A stretch of DNA of 63,997 bases, counting the filler, from an uncultured bacterium (GTDB lineage Bacteria; CAYJOG01): assembly GCA_964371695.1 (NCBI GenBank). It is 7 parts of 7 records of this genome, joined end to end, with 100 filler letters (N's around TTAATTAATTAA, not from the genome) between each part and the next. Parts side by side here need not be neighbours in the genome. Positions count along the whole stretch, not along the records: positions 48,966 to 58,468 come from CAYJOG010000071.1; positions 58,569 to 63,997 come from CAYJOG010000218.1; 5 more parts are not named here. The stretch is one strand, 5' to 3'. A program made the translations under genes and the position numbers. The notes under the pieces are model-generated. The model saw only the letters and a program-made list of their open reading frames with translations, was not told where the DNA came from and searched no databases. Each line of letters starts with the position of its first letter. The stretch's first letter is position 1. Positions 55,639 through 63,997 of this stretch are shown in pieces.

Positions 55639-56559
55639 CTAATTCCCCTTCCCCTTTTTCCCCCCACGTTTTTCCGTCACGCCGTTGAGTTCACGCACCA
55701 CGCGTGCGCCGTCGCCGATGTTGTAGAAGTCGAACTCCACCACGTTCACGCGGTGCTGTTTGTCTGCCGTGCAGCGGTTCACGATGTCCAGCACCACCTC
55801 GCGCTGGTTGAGCTGGGCGGCGTAGGCTTTGGTGGGAATGCCGAAGGTGTTGACGTATTGCAGGTTCAGGCCATACAGGCGGTTTCCCAGGGGCGGCGTG
55901 CTGTCGCCGCAACTGATGTCTTCGATGGCCTTGAACCCCCAGCCGTTGCCCACATAAAAACCGCCTGTTTCCAAAAAACCCTCAAAGACCCCGGCGTCGC
56001 GGCCCGTGAGCAGCACAATGCGCCGGTTCGTCCCCACCATCTGCCGCAGTGTGGGCCAGGGCGCGCCGGGCGTGGGCGCGTGCAGCATGTTCAGCAGGCC
56101 CGCCTGTCTCAGCGCCTGTTGCACCGCCGCACCGGACACGTAACTTTCCAGATTGATCACCATGACTTCGCCGGGATTTTTCTGGAGGAAATCCGCGATT
56201 TTCAGCAACCCCGACACAAACAGCTCCTGGCCCAGATGGCAATAGGTGTGGCACAACATCACCGAGCCGCTCTGGTCATGCACGTCCAGCGCCATGTAGC
56301 GCACGCCGTCTTCAAGCTGCTGCTTCAGCCCCACCTGCTGGTTGGGAATCTGCCAGCCTTCGGCCTCGTTGGAATAACTGTTGTGGCTGCCCAGCAGCGT
56401 GATTTCGGTGAGTTTTTTGTCGCAGAGTTGGGGCGAGCCGTTGCAGGACAAAAGTGTGTCGGTGAGTTTCGGCCCCGCTTGCTGGCTGACGGTGCCGCAG
56501 CCACTCAGGCCCATCAGCCAGATCAGCGAAAACAGCAGATGGGTTCGCAGGTTATTCAC
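55639..56559 (-). CDS. PI-PLC-like phosphodiesterase lipoprotein
   Basis: Lipobox LSGC; CNGSPQLC, GSHNSY, NQ, QQLEDGVR..LDVH, LCH, FL..NP.EV. Confidence 0.8.
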   Translation of the reverse strand: MNNLRTHLLFSLIWLMGLSGCGTVSQQAGPKLTDTLLSCNGSPQLCDKKLTEITLLGSHNSYSNEAEGWQIPNQQVGLKQQLEDGVRYMALDVHDQSGSVMLCHTYCHLGQELFVSGLLKIADFLQKNPGEVMVINLESYVSGAAVQQALRQAGLLNMLHAPTPGAPWPTLRQMVGTNRRIVLLTGRDAGVFEGFLETGGFYVGNGWGFKAIEDISCGDSTPPLGNRLYGLNLQYVNTFGIPTKAYAAQLNQREVVLDIVNRCTADKQHRVNVVEFDFYNIGDGARVVRELNGVTEKRGGKKGKGN

Positions 56560-58468
56560 CAACAGGCGCCCTGCCTTTTTGGCGGCGATAGACATTGAAA
56601 TAGGGCGTGGATTCACCATCCACCGAGCAATAATCCACACCCTTGTTCTGATGCTTCTGGGGAATCCAGCCCAAACATTCCAGCGGGCCGCCAAAGGTTT
56701 TGACCCGCTGGTAATGGCGCAACACCCAGGCGTGCAGCGGGTCTTTTTGGGGATCGCTGGAATAAGCGAGGTTGGGAATGCCGTCATCGGGGCCGACGTA
56801 TAACACCACATAGCGGGGCGCGCGGTGGTGTCGAATCATCCAGCGCAGCATCTGGCGCTGCTGGTCCGCCCCCCAGCCGTATTTGTTCAGAAACGTCACG
56901 GGAATCGCCGGGCGGGTGTCCGTCAGAAAATAAAGCGCCGCCAGGCGGTCATGGGCCAGCAGAAACTCACCCTTTTTCAGGCGGGGTTTCAGATAATCCA
57001 GCAGCGCCTGTGTGGGATGGTGCTGCAACGTGTTGGTGTTCATGCCCCGTAGCTTGCCGCTGTGATAGGTGGCAGGTTTGCCCAAAATCTGGATGTCCTG
57101 ATTGCGGTCTCGGTTGAACAGCACCACCACCAGCAGTGTCACCAGACCCAGGGTGATGACCACGCCCCGGTGTTGAGGTTTCGCCGCCGTGTCGCCGCCG
57201 GGAAACAACACCAGCGCCCCCAGCAGCAAAAGCGGCGTGAGGCCCGCGATGGCCGACATGAAATAAACCGTGCTGGTGGCCCCCGCCACGGCAAGGCCGC
57301 CATAACCCGTCAAAAACAGCAGGGCCACGGCGAGTTTTTCCTGTTCCGAAAAAGCCTGCACCACCCTGGCCCGGAACACCGCCGCAAAAAGCGGCATGAA
57401 CATCAGACCCAGAAACACCTTTTTCATCACCTTGCCCGGCGCGTCCATGCGCGAGAGGTTCCAGTAAAAAAGCAGGGCGGCATAAACCAGCACCAGTAGC
57501 ACCACCAGCGCGCTCCACAACCAGCCCTGCCACGAGCCGCGCCCGGCCCGGCGGCCCGCCGCCACGGGCAGCCACCACAACAGGCCCATCAGGGCGGCGT
57601 TCACCAGCGCCGTGTCGAAAAACTGCTCCAGCAGTTTGCCCAGTTTGTAGCCGGGGCTGATGTCGTAAGACTTCATGTCGCGCATGGTCTGGATGCCCCC
57701 CAGCCAGTCACCCCACAGACCCGACCACAACAACCAACCCACCGCCACACCCAGCCCCAGCAGGCTTCCCACAAAAACCGCCCCGCTGGCTTGCGCCAGA
57801 GGGCTTTTCGCCCCCTGCCGCCGCACGCTCCATGCCCCTACCAGCAGCGGTAACAACAGCAGCGGCAGACGGGGCCAGTAGGTGACGATGGAAAGGCTCA
57901 GACAAAGGCCCGACACAAGGCAGACAGATTGTCTCAAAATCCCCTCCTGGGATTTTTCGACCGAGTGATGGGCGGGGGAATGGTTTTCCAGGCCCAGCCA
58001 CCACAGGCCCAGCGAGAGCATGGCGAAATCAAAGGGCAGCACGTAATAGTTGGGCACCCACCAGTCGTTGAACACGCTCAAGGCCCCCAGGCCAAACACC
58101 ACCGCCAGCACCGCCCCCGGCAACAGGCGGCGCATCGCCCGGCACAAAAATCCCACGCCGAGCACATGAATGAGAAACCCCGCCCAGTGCAGCCCCAGCA
58201 CCGTGCCGCCACCGGGCAGCAGCTTCATCAGCGGCGTGAGCACCACAAAAAACCAGCGCAGCGACACGTCCCACTCGTGGCGAAAGGGCAGGTCGCCCAG
58301 CACAAAACGGTGCGCCGCCCCCAGATAAAACCCTTCGTCGGTCACCATGGTGTCGCCAAACCGCAGGCGCACGCCCCCCACCGCCACAATCAGCGCCACC
58401 CACAACAGCCACTTCAGGGTGTGCGTCGGACGATTTAGAGCATTTCCGGAAATGGTAGAGGATTGACG
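56552..58468 (-). CDS. Polytopic membrane protein, GT-C glycosyltransferase-like, 5'-truncated
   Basis: TDEGFYL.AA.R...GDLPF after the first TM segment, many TM segments, LYFLTDTRPA; the frame is open to the scaffold edge. Confidence 0.68.
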   Translation of the reverse strand, partial: RQSSTISGNALNRPTHTLKWLLWVALIVAVGGVRLRFGDTMVTDEGFYLGAAHRFVLGDLPFRHEWDVSLRWFFVVLTPLMKLLPGGGTVLGLHWAGFLIHVLGVGFLCRAMRRLLPGAVLAVVFGLGALSVFNDWWVPNYYVLPFDFAMLSLGLWWLGLENHSPAHHSVEKSQEGILRQSVCLVSGLCLSLSIVTYWPRLPLLLLPLLVGAWSVRRQGAKSPLAQASGAVFVGSLLGLGVAVGWLLWSGLWGDWLGGIQTMRDMKSYDISPGYKLGKLLEQFFDTALVNAALMGLLWWLPVAAGRRAGRGSWQGWLWSALVVLLVLVYAALLFYWNLSRMDAPGKVMKKVFLGLMFMPLFAAVFRARVVQAFSEQEKLAVALLFLTGYGGLAVAGATSTVYFMSAIAGLTPLLLLGALVLFPGGDTAAKPQHRGVVITLGLVTLLVVVLFNRDRNQDIQILGKPATYHSGKLRGMNTNTLQHHPTQALLDYLKPRLKKGEFLLAHDRLAALYFLTDTRPAIPVTFLNKYGWGADQQRQMLRWMIRHHRAPRYVVLYVGPDDGIPNLAYSSDPQKDPLHAWVLRHYQRVKTFGGPLECLGWIPQKHQNKGVDYCSVDGESTPYFNVYRRQKGRAPVGE

Positions 58469-58568
58469 NNNNNNNNNNNNNNNNNNNNNNNNNNNNNNNN
58501 NNNNNNNNNNNNTTAATTAATTAANNNNNNNNNNNNNNNNNNNNNNNNNNNNNNNNNNNNNNNNNNNN

Positions 58569-58863
58569 GGCCATGGCCCTGCTGGAAACCCTGGGTCTGG
58601 CGGACAAGGCCAGCGCCCGGCCCCACCACCTGAGCCAGGGCCAGGCCCAGCGGCTCGCCATCGCCCGGGGCCTTGTGTATCAGCCCGACGTGCTGCTGGC
58701 AGACGAACCCACTGCCAACCTGGACGACATCAACGCGGAAACCGTGTGTCACCTGCTGCAAACCCAGGCCCAGGTTTTTGGGGCCACCCTGCTCTTCGCC
58801 ACGCACGATCAGCGGCTGATGGCGCGTTTTGACCGGCTACTGGCGCTGGAGGGGACCCCATGA
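58569..58863 (+). CDS. ABC transporter ATPase, C-terminal part
   Basis: LSQGQAQR.AIAR, LLADEPTANLD, ATHD. Confidence 0.92.
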
Positions 58864-60110
58864 ACCTGCGGCGGCTGATTGTCCGAAACCTGATGGCCCG
58901 CAAACTCTCGGCCCTGCTCACCCTCACCCTGCTCAGCCTGGGCGTGGGGGTGGTGACCCTGCTGCTGTTGGTGGGCCATCAGACCCAGGAGCGCATGGAC
59001 CGCGATGGTCGGAACATTGATCTGGTGGTGGGGGCCAAGGGCAGTCCGCTGCAACTGATTTTGAGCGCGGTCTATCACATGGACATTCCCACCGGCAACA
59101 TGCCTCTTTCGGAGTCAGTGCGGCTTTCGCGCCTGCCCATGGTGAAAACCGCCATTCCCCTGGCGTTGGGTGACAACCACGCCGGTTTTCGCATTGTGGG
59201 CGCGCCGGTGAGTTACGCGGACTTTTACGGAGCAAAGCTGGCACAGGGCCGTTTACACCAAAAAAGCATGGAGGCCGTGCTGGGGGCAGAAGCGGCCGCC
59301 CGCACCGGCCTGAAAAAGGGAGACCACTTCACCGGCTCCCACGGCCTGGAGGGCGCGGGAGATCATCACGCCCACAGCCCCTATACCGTGGTGGGTGTTT
59401 TGCAGCCCTCCGGCTCGGTAATGGACCGTCTGATTCTGACCCCCATTGAAAGTGTGTGGCAGGTGCATGAACCCAAAGGCGAACACCACGAGGACGGTGA
59501 AGAAGACGAACACCACGAACTCGCCGAACGGNNNNNNNNNNACGAGGGCGAAACACCGGCCAACCCGGAGGTCACCGCCCTGCTGCTGCAGTTCCGTTCG
59601 CCGGTGTTCGCCATCGGCATGCACTCGGTCATCAACCGCCAGAGCAACCTGCTGGCAGCCCGCCCCGCCATGGAAATGGCCCGGCTTTATGGCCTGCTGG
59701 GCACGGGACTGGATGTGCTGAGCGCCCTGGGGGGCCTGCTGGTGATCATGGCGGCGCTGAGTGTATTTGTGGCGCTTTATAACGCGCTCAGCGACCGCAA
59801 ATATGACTTGGCCATCATGCGCACCCTGGGGGCCACCCGCAGCAAGGTTTTTCTGGCGCTGTTGCTGGAGGGCCTGCTGTTGTCGTTCAGTGGCGGCGTG
59901 CTGGGTCTGCTGCTGGGCCACATGGCCACAGCGGCGGTGGCGGCGAGATTGCAGCAGGCGGGCCAGTTGGCCATTTCCGGCGCGGTGTGGCTGCCACAAG
60001 AGGGCGCGCTGCTGGGTCTGGTGGCGCTTTTGGGTGTCTGCGCCAGCCTGCTGCCCGCCTGGCTGGCCACGCGCCTGGAGGTGGCCGGGGCTTTGTCGGA
60101 GGGGCGATAA
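58860..60110 (+). CDS. FtsX/MacB-type ABC permease with His/acidic loop (ZrgC-like)
   Basis: DLVVGAKGSPLQLILS.VYH...PTGN, PLALGDN, DHHAH, EHHEDGEEDEHHE, DLAIMRTLGA; 10-N gap near 59532. Confidence 0.88.
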   Translation: MNLRRLIVRNLMARKLSALLTLTLLSLGVGVVTLLLLVGHQTQERMDRDGRNIDLVVGAKGSPLQLILSAVYHMDIPTGNMPLSESVRLSRLPMVKTAIPLALGDNHAGFRIVGAPVSYADFYGAKLAQGRLHQKSMEAVLGAEAAARTGLKKGDHFTGSHGLEGAGDHHAHSPYTVVGVLQPSGSVMDRLILTPIESVWQVHEPKGEHHEDGEEDEHHELAERXXXXEGETPANPEVTALLLQFRSPVFAIGMHSVINRQSNLLAARPAMEMARLYGLLGTGLDVLSALGGLLVIMAALSVFVALYNALSDRKYDLAIMRTLGATRSKVFLALLLEGLLLSFSGGVLGLLLGHMATAAVAARLQQAGQLAISGAVWLPQEGALLGLVALLGVCASLLPAWLATRLEVAGALSEGR

Positions 60111-60278
60111 ACCAGACAGCGTGTTTATCGCACACCGGCTGAGCGCCCGATCAGCAGGAAATTTGTATACTTCTGGCGTAGCGGCGATGTCCTCATCACC
60201 GTTTGCCCTGAGCGCGGTGAAGACACCGCGCCTACTCCACAGAGGTGATCCGAAAGGCGTCAAAGGAGACAAGGTGTC

Positions 60279-60755
60279 ATGCTGAAAAAGGGACTGAATC
60301 TGGTTTTTCTGGCGGGGCTGTTGCTGCATGGCCTTCCCGTGCTGGCCATCACCCCGCCGCCCAAGCCCGGCCAGCCCGTGGCCGCCGCCAAAGGCGTGGT
60401 GAGCTGGGACACCCTGGTGACTGGCGTCACCTTCGACCCCATGGCCGAAAAACTCAAACCCACTTTCAAACCCGCTGTGCAGGTACTGAACAAAAAACCC
60501 GTCAAGCTTCAGGGGTTCATGATTCCCCTGGATCAAAAACGCGACCAGACCAAATACATCCTCAGCGCCGTGGCCCCCAGTTGCCCATTTTGCCTGCCGG
60601 GGGGGCCAGAGAGCATGGTGGAAATACGCCACAAAAAAGGCTCGTCCACCCGCATCACGTTTGAAGCCCTCACGGTCAAGGGCACGTTTGTGCTGGTGAG
60701 CAACATTGAAGAAGGCGTGTTTTATCGCCTGCTGGATGCAGAAGTGGTGAAATAA
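60279..60755 (+). CDS. DUF3299 domain protein
   Basis: Signal peptide, VSWDTL, VKLQGFMIPL, SCPFCLPGGP. Confidence 0.82.
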   Translation: MLKKGLNLVFLAGLLLHGLPVLAITPPPKPGQPVAAAKGVVSWDTLVTGVTFDPMAEKLKPTFKPAVQVLNKKPVKLQGFMIPLDQKRDQTKYILSAVAPSCPFCLPGGPESMVEIRHKKGSSTRITFEALTVKGTFVLVSNIEEGVFYRLLDAEVVK

Positions 60756-60759
60756 ACAT

Positions 60760-60787
60760 CAAAAGGCCGCGCAAAGGCGGCCTTTTG
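60760..60787. terminator. Bidirectional terminator between convergent genes
   Basis: AAAAGGCCGC-GCAAAG-GCGGCCTTTT. Confidence 0.7.
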
Positions 60788-60827
60788 AGTGCAAAACGAT
60801 GGGTTGGCGGCAAAGCCGCCGGGGGGG

Positions 60828-61160
60828 TCAGCCGGTTTCTTTTTCGCCGGTGCGGATGGTGTATTCCTCCTGCACCTCGGTGACAAAAATTTTGCCGTCG
60901 CCCACTTCGCCGGTGCGGGCAGCCTTCATGACGATGTCAATCACCTGGCTCACTTGGCTGTCGGGCAGGATGATGTCCACCTGCACTTTGGGCAAAAAGT
61001 TGATGGCGTATTCCGCTCCTCGGTAAACCGCGGTGTGGCCCTTCTGTTTGCCGCATCCTTTGACTTCGGTGATGGTCATGCCCCGGATGCCTGCTTCCAT
61101 CAGGGCGTCTTTTACGGCCTCGAGTTTCACGGGCCGGATAATGGCGCGAACAAGTTTCAT
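60828..61160 (-). CDS. glnB: Nitrogen regulatory protein P-II
   Basis: AIIRP.KL..VK.AL, G.QKGH...YRGAEY, RTGEVGDGKIF, IRTGE. Confidence 0.95.
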   Translation of the reverse strand: MKLVRAIIRPVKLEAVKDALMEAGIRGMTITEVKGCGKQKGHTAVYRGAEYAINFLPKVQVDIILPDSQVSQVIDIVMKAARTGEVGDGKIFVTEVQEEYTIRTGEKETG

Positions 61161-61410
61161 AACAATTCCGTCCTTTCACGGTGGGATGGGTGTCGGTAGC
61201 GGTCAATCTCCCTTGTGGTAAAACCTCCTTCAACGAAAATGCACCCAGTCACTGTGCGGGAACGGACGCCATTGTCGCTAAGGAGGATTGATGACCCGAC
61301 GGAACGAATTATAACGTCCGCCGGCGGCGGCGCAAGCGGGCAGGCCTAAAAATCGTCGGCCTGAAAATTGACATTCGCGTCGCCATCATTATCCTTCACA
61401 GCCACAGTGC

Positions 61411-61483
61411 GAGCCGTTAGCTCAGGTGGTAGAGCATCTGACTTTTAATCAGAGGGTCCTTGGTTCGAGCCCAAGACGGCTCA
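61411..61483 (+). tRNA. tRNA-Lys(TTT)
   Basis: Acceptor stem GAGCCGT/ACGGCTC, anticodon loop CTTTTAA, GGTTCGAG T-arm; CCA not encoded. Confidence 0.95.
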
Positions 61484-61540
61484 CCCTTACAAACACCGAG
61501 GAGGAAACTGTATAATTCAAACTTGAAAAATCAGTCTTAT

Positions 61541-61613
61541 GCCCCCATCGTCTAGAGGCCTAGGACATCGCCCTTTCACGGCGAAGACAGGGATTCGAAT
61601 TCCCTTGGGGGTA
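61541..61613 (+). tRNA. tRNA-Glu(TTC)
   Basis: Acceptor stem GCCCCCA/TGGGGGT, anticodon loop CTTTCAC, ATTCGAAT T-arm. Confidence 0.95.
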
Positions 61614-61623
61614 CGCACCAATT

Positions 61624-61699
61624 GGGGCGTTAGTGTAGCGGTTAACATGCTGCCCTGTCACGGCAGAGACCACGGGTTCAAATCCCGTACGCCCCGCCA
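61624..61699 (+). tRNA. tRNA-Asp(GTC)
   Basis: Acceptor stem GGGGCGT/ACGCCCC, anticodon loop CTGTCAC, encoded CCA. Confidence 0.96.
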
Positions 61700-62078
61700 A
61701 AAACCCGCGTCAGCGGGTTTTTTGTTTTGGGCGGGCGGGCGCGGATTTGAACCGAGCGCGTGAGTCCGAAGGACCGAGGCGCAGGATGCGCCGAGAATAA
61801 GCGAGGCTGCTCTGGCTGGTGCGGCCACGATGGCCGCGCCACGAAAGGCAAATCCCGTACGCCCCGCCAAAAACCCGCGTCAGCGGGTTTTTTGTTTTGG
61901 GCGNNNNNNNNNNNNNNNNNNNNNNNNNNNNNNNNNNNNNNNNNNNNNNNNNNNNNNNNNNNNNNNNNNNNNNNNNNNNNNNNNNNNNNNNNNNNNNNNN
62001 NNNGGCGGGCGCGGATTTGAACCGAGCGCGTGAGTCCGCAGGACCGAGGTGCAGGATGCGCCGAGAACACGCGAGGCG
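61679..62078 (+). repeat. 170-bp tRNA-linked tandem repeat spanning a 100-N gap (61904-62003)
   Basis: CAAATCCCGTACGCCCCGCCA plus the terminator recurs at 61679 and 61849; the downstream part recurs after the gap with a few substitutions. Confidence 0.88.
61699..61723 (+). terminator. Terminator after tRNA-Asp (duplicated at 61869-61893)
   Basis: AAAAACCCGC-GTCA-GCGGGTTTTTT. Confidence 0.85.
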
Positions 62079-62317
62079 CAAACCGCCGGGGCAAAGCACG
62101 GGCAAAAAACCAGTAGCCACGGGCGTCTCGCCTGTGGCATGAAAACAAAAGAAAAAAGTGGTTTTCGCTTTTTGTTCAACCCCTCACCCGCCCCTGCGGG
62201 GCACCCTCTCCCCATTAAAGGGGAGAGGGAACGATGGGGTTTTTTGTTTTGTTCTGGTGGCGCAGGCATCCTGCCTGCGTTCACATAAAAGGCAGGCATG
62301 CGCAGTCGCAAAATGGG

Positions 62318-63253
62318 CTATTCCCCTTTCGGCGCAGCCGCTTTCATCCACACCTGAAAATCCTTGTCCCACCCCGCCCCGCGTGCGCGTTTGATCAGAC
62401 CCAGGAATGGCTCATAGTCTTTGCGCGAGGCGGGCACAAAATGAAACCCAAACCGCTTGAGCAGGGGGTGGAACTGGGCGAAGGCCGGGTCTTTGTGCAT
62501 GTTCACCGCCTCATACACAAACCGTTTGAGAAATCCGGGGTCCAGACGCTGGTGGGCGAAGATGGGCGGAAAGGGCGACTGGGCCGGATGACACACCAGT
62601 TCCCTTACTTTTTTGAGGGGACCCGGATTGATCTTCTGCATGAAATGCACTACGAACTGATAAACAAACGCCCCATCACGCTGGCCCATGGCCACGGCAT
62701 AAAGCGCGTTCTGGCCAGAGTTCACCGCCACCATCTGACCCGTAAAAACCTCTGGCCGTTCCCCCAGCATTTCCCGTGTCAGCAGATAAGCCAGTTCGGT
62801 GGGCAGCAGCGACAGGCGTTTGCCCTTCAGTTCCGCCACCGTGGCAGGACCATTCCGGGCGACATAAAGACAGCCCTTGGAGGCATCCTGGTCAAAAAGG
62901 GTGGTGCGGATCACTGGACGGTAGTGCGGGTTGGTGGACATGGAGAACTGCACCTGATCGTACAAATACAAAAAGTCCGGCTGCTGCTGTTTGATGGCGG
63001 CGGCCAGGACCTGGTTGCTTTTGACAAAGGTCAGGGTGATTTCCACCCCGGTCTTTTTTTTCATTTCCGCCAGAAACGTGTCCAGCAGGCTGTGTATCTG
63101 GGCGTCAAAAAATCCCGTGCCCCCCATGTGCAACAACATGCGCACTTTTTTGGGTGCAGCGGCTTTTGCCCCGCCGGGCGACAGGATGACTGCCCACAGC
63201 ACCATCAGCCACAGGGCCTTTTTTATGGAGGGCCCCGTCATCCTGTGGATCAC
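62318..63253 (-). CDS. PhnD/SsuA-like periplasmic substrate-binding protein
   Basis: Signal peptide, TVAELKGKRL, NALYAVAMGQRDGAFV. Confidence 0.7.
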   Translation of the reverse strand: MIHRMTGPSIKKALWLMVLWAVILSPGGAKAAAPKKVRMLLHMGGTGFFDAQIHSLLDTFLAEMKKKTGVEITLTFVKSNQVLAAAIKQQQPDFLYLYDQVQFSMSTNPHYRPVIRTTLFDQDASKGCLYVARNGPATVAELKGKRLSLLPTELAYLLTREMLGERPEVFTGQMVAVNSGQNALYAVAMGQRDGAFVYQFVVHFMQKINPGPLKKVRELVCHPAQSPFPPIFAHQRLDPGFLKRFVYEAVNMHKDPAFAQFHPLLKRFGFHFVPASRKDYEPFLGLIKRARGAGWDKDFQVWMKAAAPKGE

Positions 63254-63681
63254 CCTTCAAAATCCAGGTACATGCGCACCTCACCCAGTTCACCAAAAGC
63301 CAGGCTGGTGACCAGGGCGCGGGATCCCAGCCGGGGCGGCCGGTTCCAGTTTTCCAGCACCGAGGGAATCACCACGTGGGGGTTGCCCCCTTTTTCGATA
63401 AACGTCATGCGGGCCTTGATGCCGTAAATGCGGATGAACTCAAACAGCGCCGCCTGACTCATTTCGTCCAGTTGCTGCACCGGCAGGCCATACATCAGGG
63501 CGCTGGCGATGCCCTTGGCCGTCTGGCGGCTGCACCCCAGCACCTGCACCCCATCGGGGCCGTCGTGCCAGCGCAGGGTGATGGCGATTTCGTCTTTCAC
63601 CGCGCCGTCTTCCACGCGCTGGGGCTTCTGCGGCTTGCAGGGTTGCCCGGCGATTTCCTTGGCCACATAACAAAAACCCAT
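63250..63681 (-). CDS. CheX-like protein
   Basis: TAKGIASALMYGLPVQQLDEMSQAALFE resembles the CheX core; overlaps the next gene by 4 nt. Confidence 0.6.
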   Translation of the reverse strand: MGFCYVAKEIAGQPCKPQKPQRVEDGAVKDEIAITLRWHDGPDGVQVLGCSRQTAKGIASALMYGLPVQQLDEMSQAALFEFIRIYGIKARMTFIEKGGNPHVVIPSVLENWNRPPRLGSRALVTSLAFGELGEVRMYLDFEG

Positions 63682-63876
63682 GACCAGCGCGTTGAAGGTA
63701 TCGGCCTGAATGCGCGCACTCTAACCACGGCTTGTGAAACCTTCAATGAAGCACCCGGATTTTTTCGTGAACGGGACATTCATTTGAACACGCGGCGCAG
63801 GCATCGGCGTCATCTTGCCCCAAGCGGCCAATCTGTCTATCTTGTGAGGACTTTCCCGAACGCCCAGGAGACATCC

Positions 63877-63997
63877 ATGAAAAAAATGCTCACCACTCTT
63901 TCTCTGCTGTCGTTGCTGGCCATGGGCCAGACCCAGGCCGCCGCACCCGCCGCACCAGCCCCCGCCCCCGCGCCGCCCCAGACGGGCCCGCTGCCGT
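63877..63997 (+). CDS. 5' end of a secreted protein (runs off the window)
   Basis: AGGAG RBS; MKKMLTTLSLLSLLAMGQTQA signal peptide followed by a Pro/Ala linker. Confidence 0.7.
   Translation, partial: MKKMLTTLSLLSLLAMGQTQAAAPAAPAPAPAPPQTGPLP

Noticed and set aside
61679-62078. Repeats after tRNA-Asp as a CRISPR array
   Set aside because: The whole 170-bp unit repeats and there are no unique spacers.

Overview
This high-GC bacterial window is not one continuous locus. It joins seven scaffolds of about 9.5-9.9 kb with artificial 100-nt spacers (N44-TTAATTAATTAA-N44) at 9871, 19764, 29515, 39220, 48866 and 58469, so gene neighbourhoods only mean something within a scaffold. (1) 1-9870: a His-Xaa-Ser RiPP-type cluster (hxsD, hxsD-like, hxsB radical SAM/SPASM, and a precursor with 15 perfect HxS triplets). 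It has no hxsC, is followed by a roughly 1,860-aa secreted protein with about 19 IPT/TIG repeats and an Nfu Fe-S carrier, and has a frameshifted metzincin-like gene transcribed divergently upstream. (2) pnp, rpsO, panBCD, an SLH/beta-barrel protein with a 186-nt MITE-like element inserted in frame in its signal peptide, and a tandem paralog pair. (3) A HEPN-like pair, purD-tmk, a ParE toxin-antitoxin pair, a radical SAM protein, alr and yvcK. (4) A five-gene Rieske/cytochrome b operon with an NAD(P)-dependent flavo-FeS oxidoreductase and a pentaheme cytochrome c, plus bioB. (5) malQ-glgB-GH57, vapXD, ilvD and cutA. (6) cobT and cobS separated by an AT-rich HEPN-like gene, a candidate sRNA, a C45 hydrolase, trxA, nested repeats and a PI-PLC-like lipoprotein. 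(7) A Zrg-like ABC/DUF3299 metal system, glnB, tRNA-Lys/Glu/Asp followed by a 170-bp tRNA-linked repeat, and PhnD-like and CheX-like genes. The best candidates for new biology are the HxS cluster with its giant surface protein, the oxidoreductase-coupled Rieske/cytb complex, and the TNA-targeting MITE family. All family calls come from motif recognition by eye; no searches were run.
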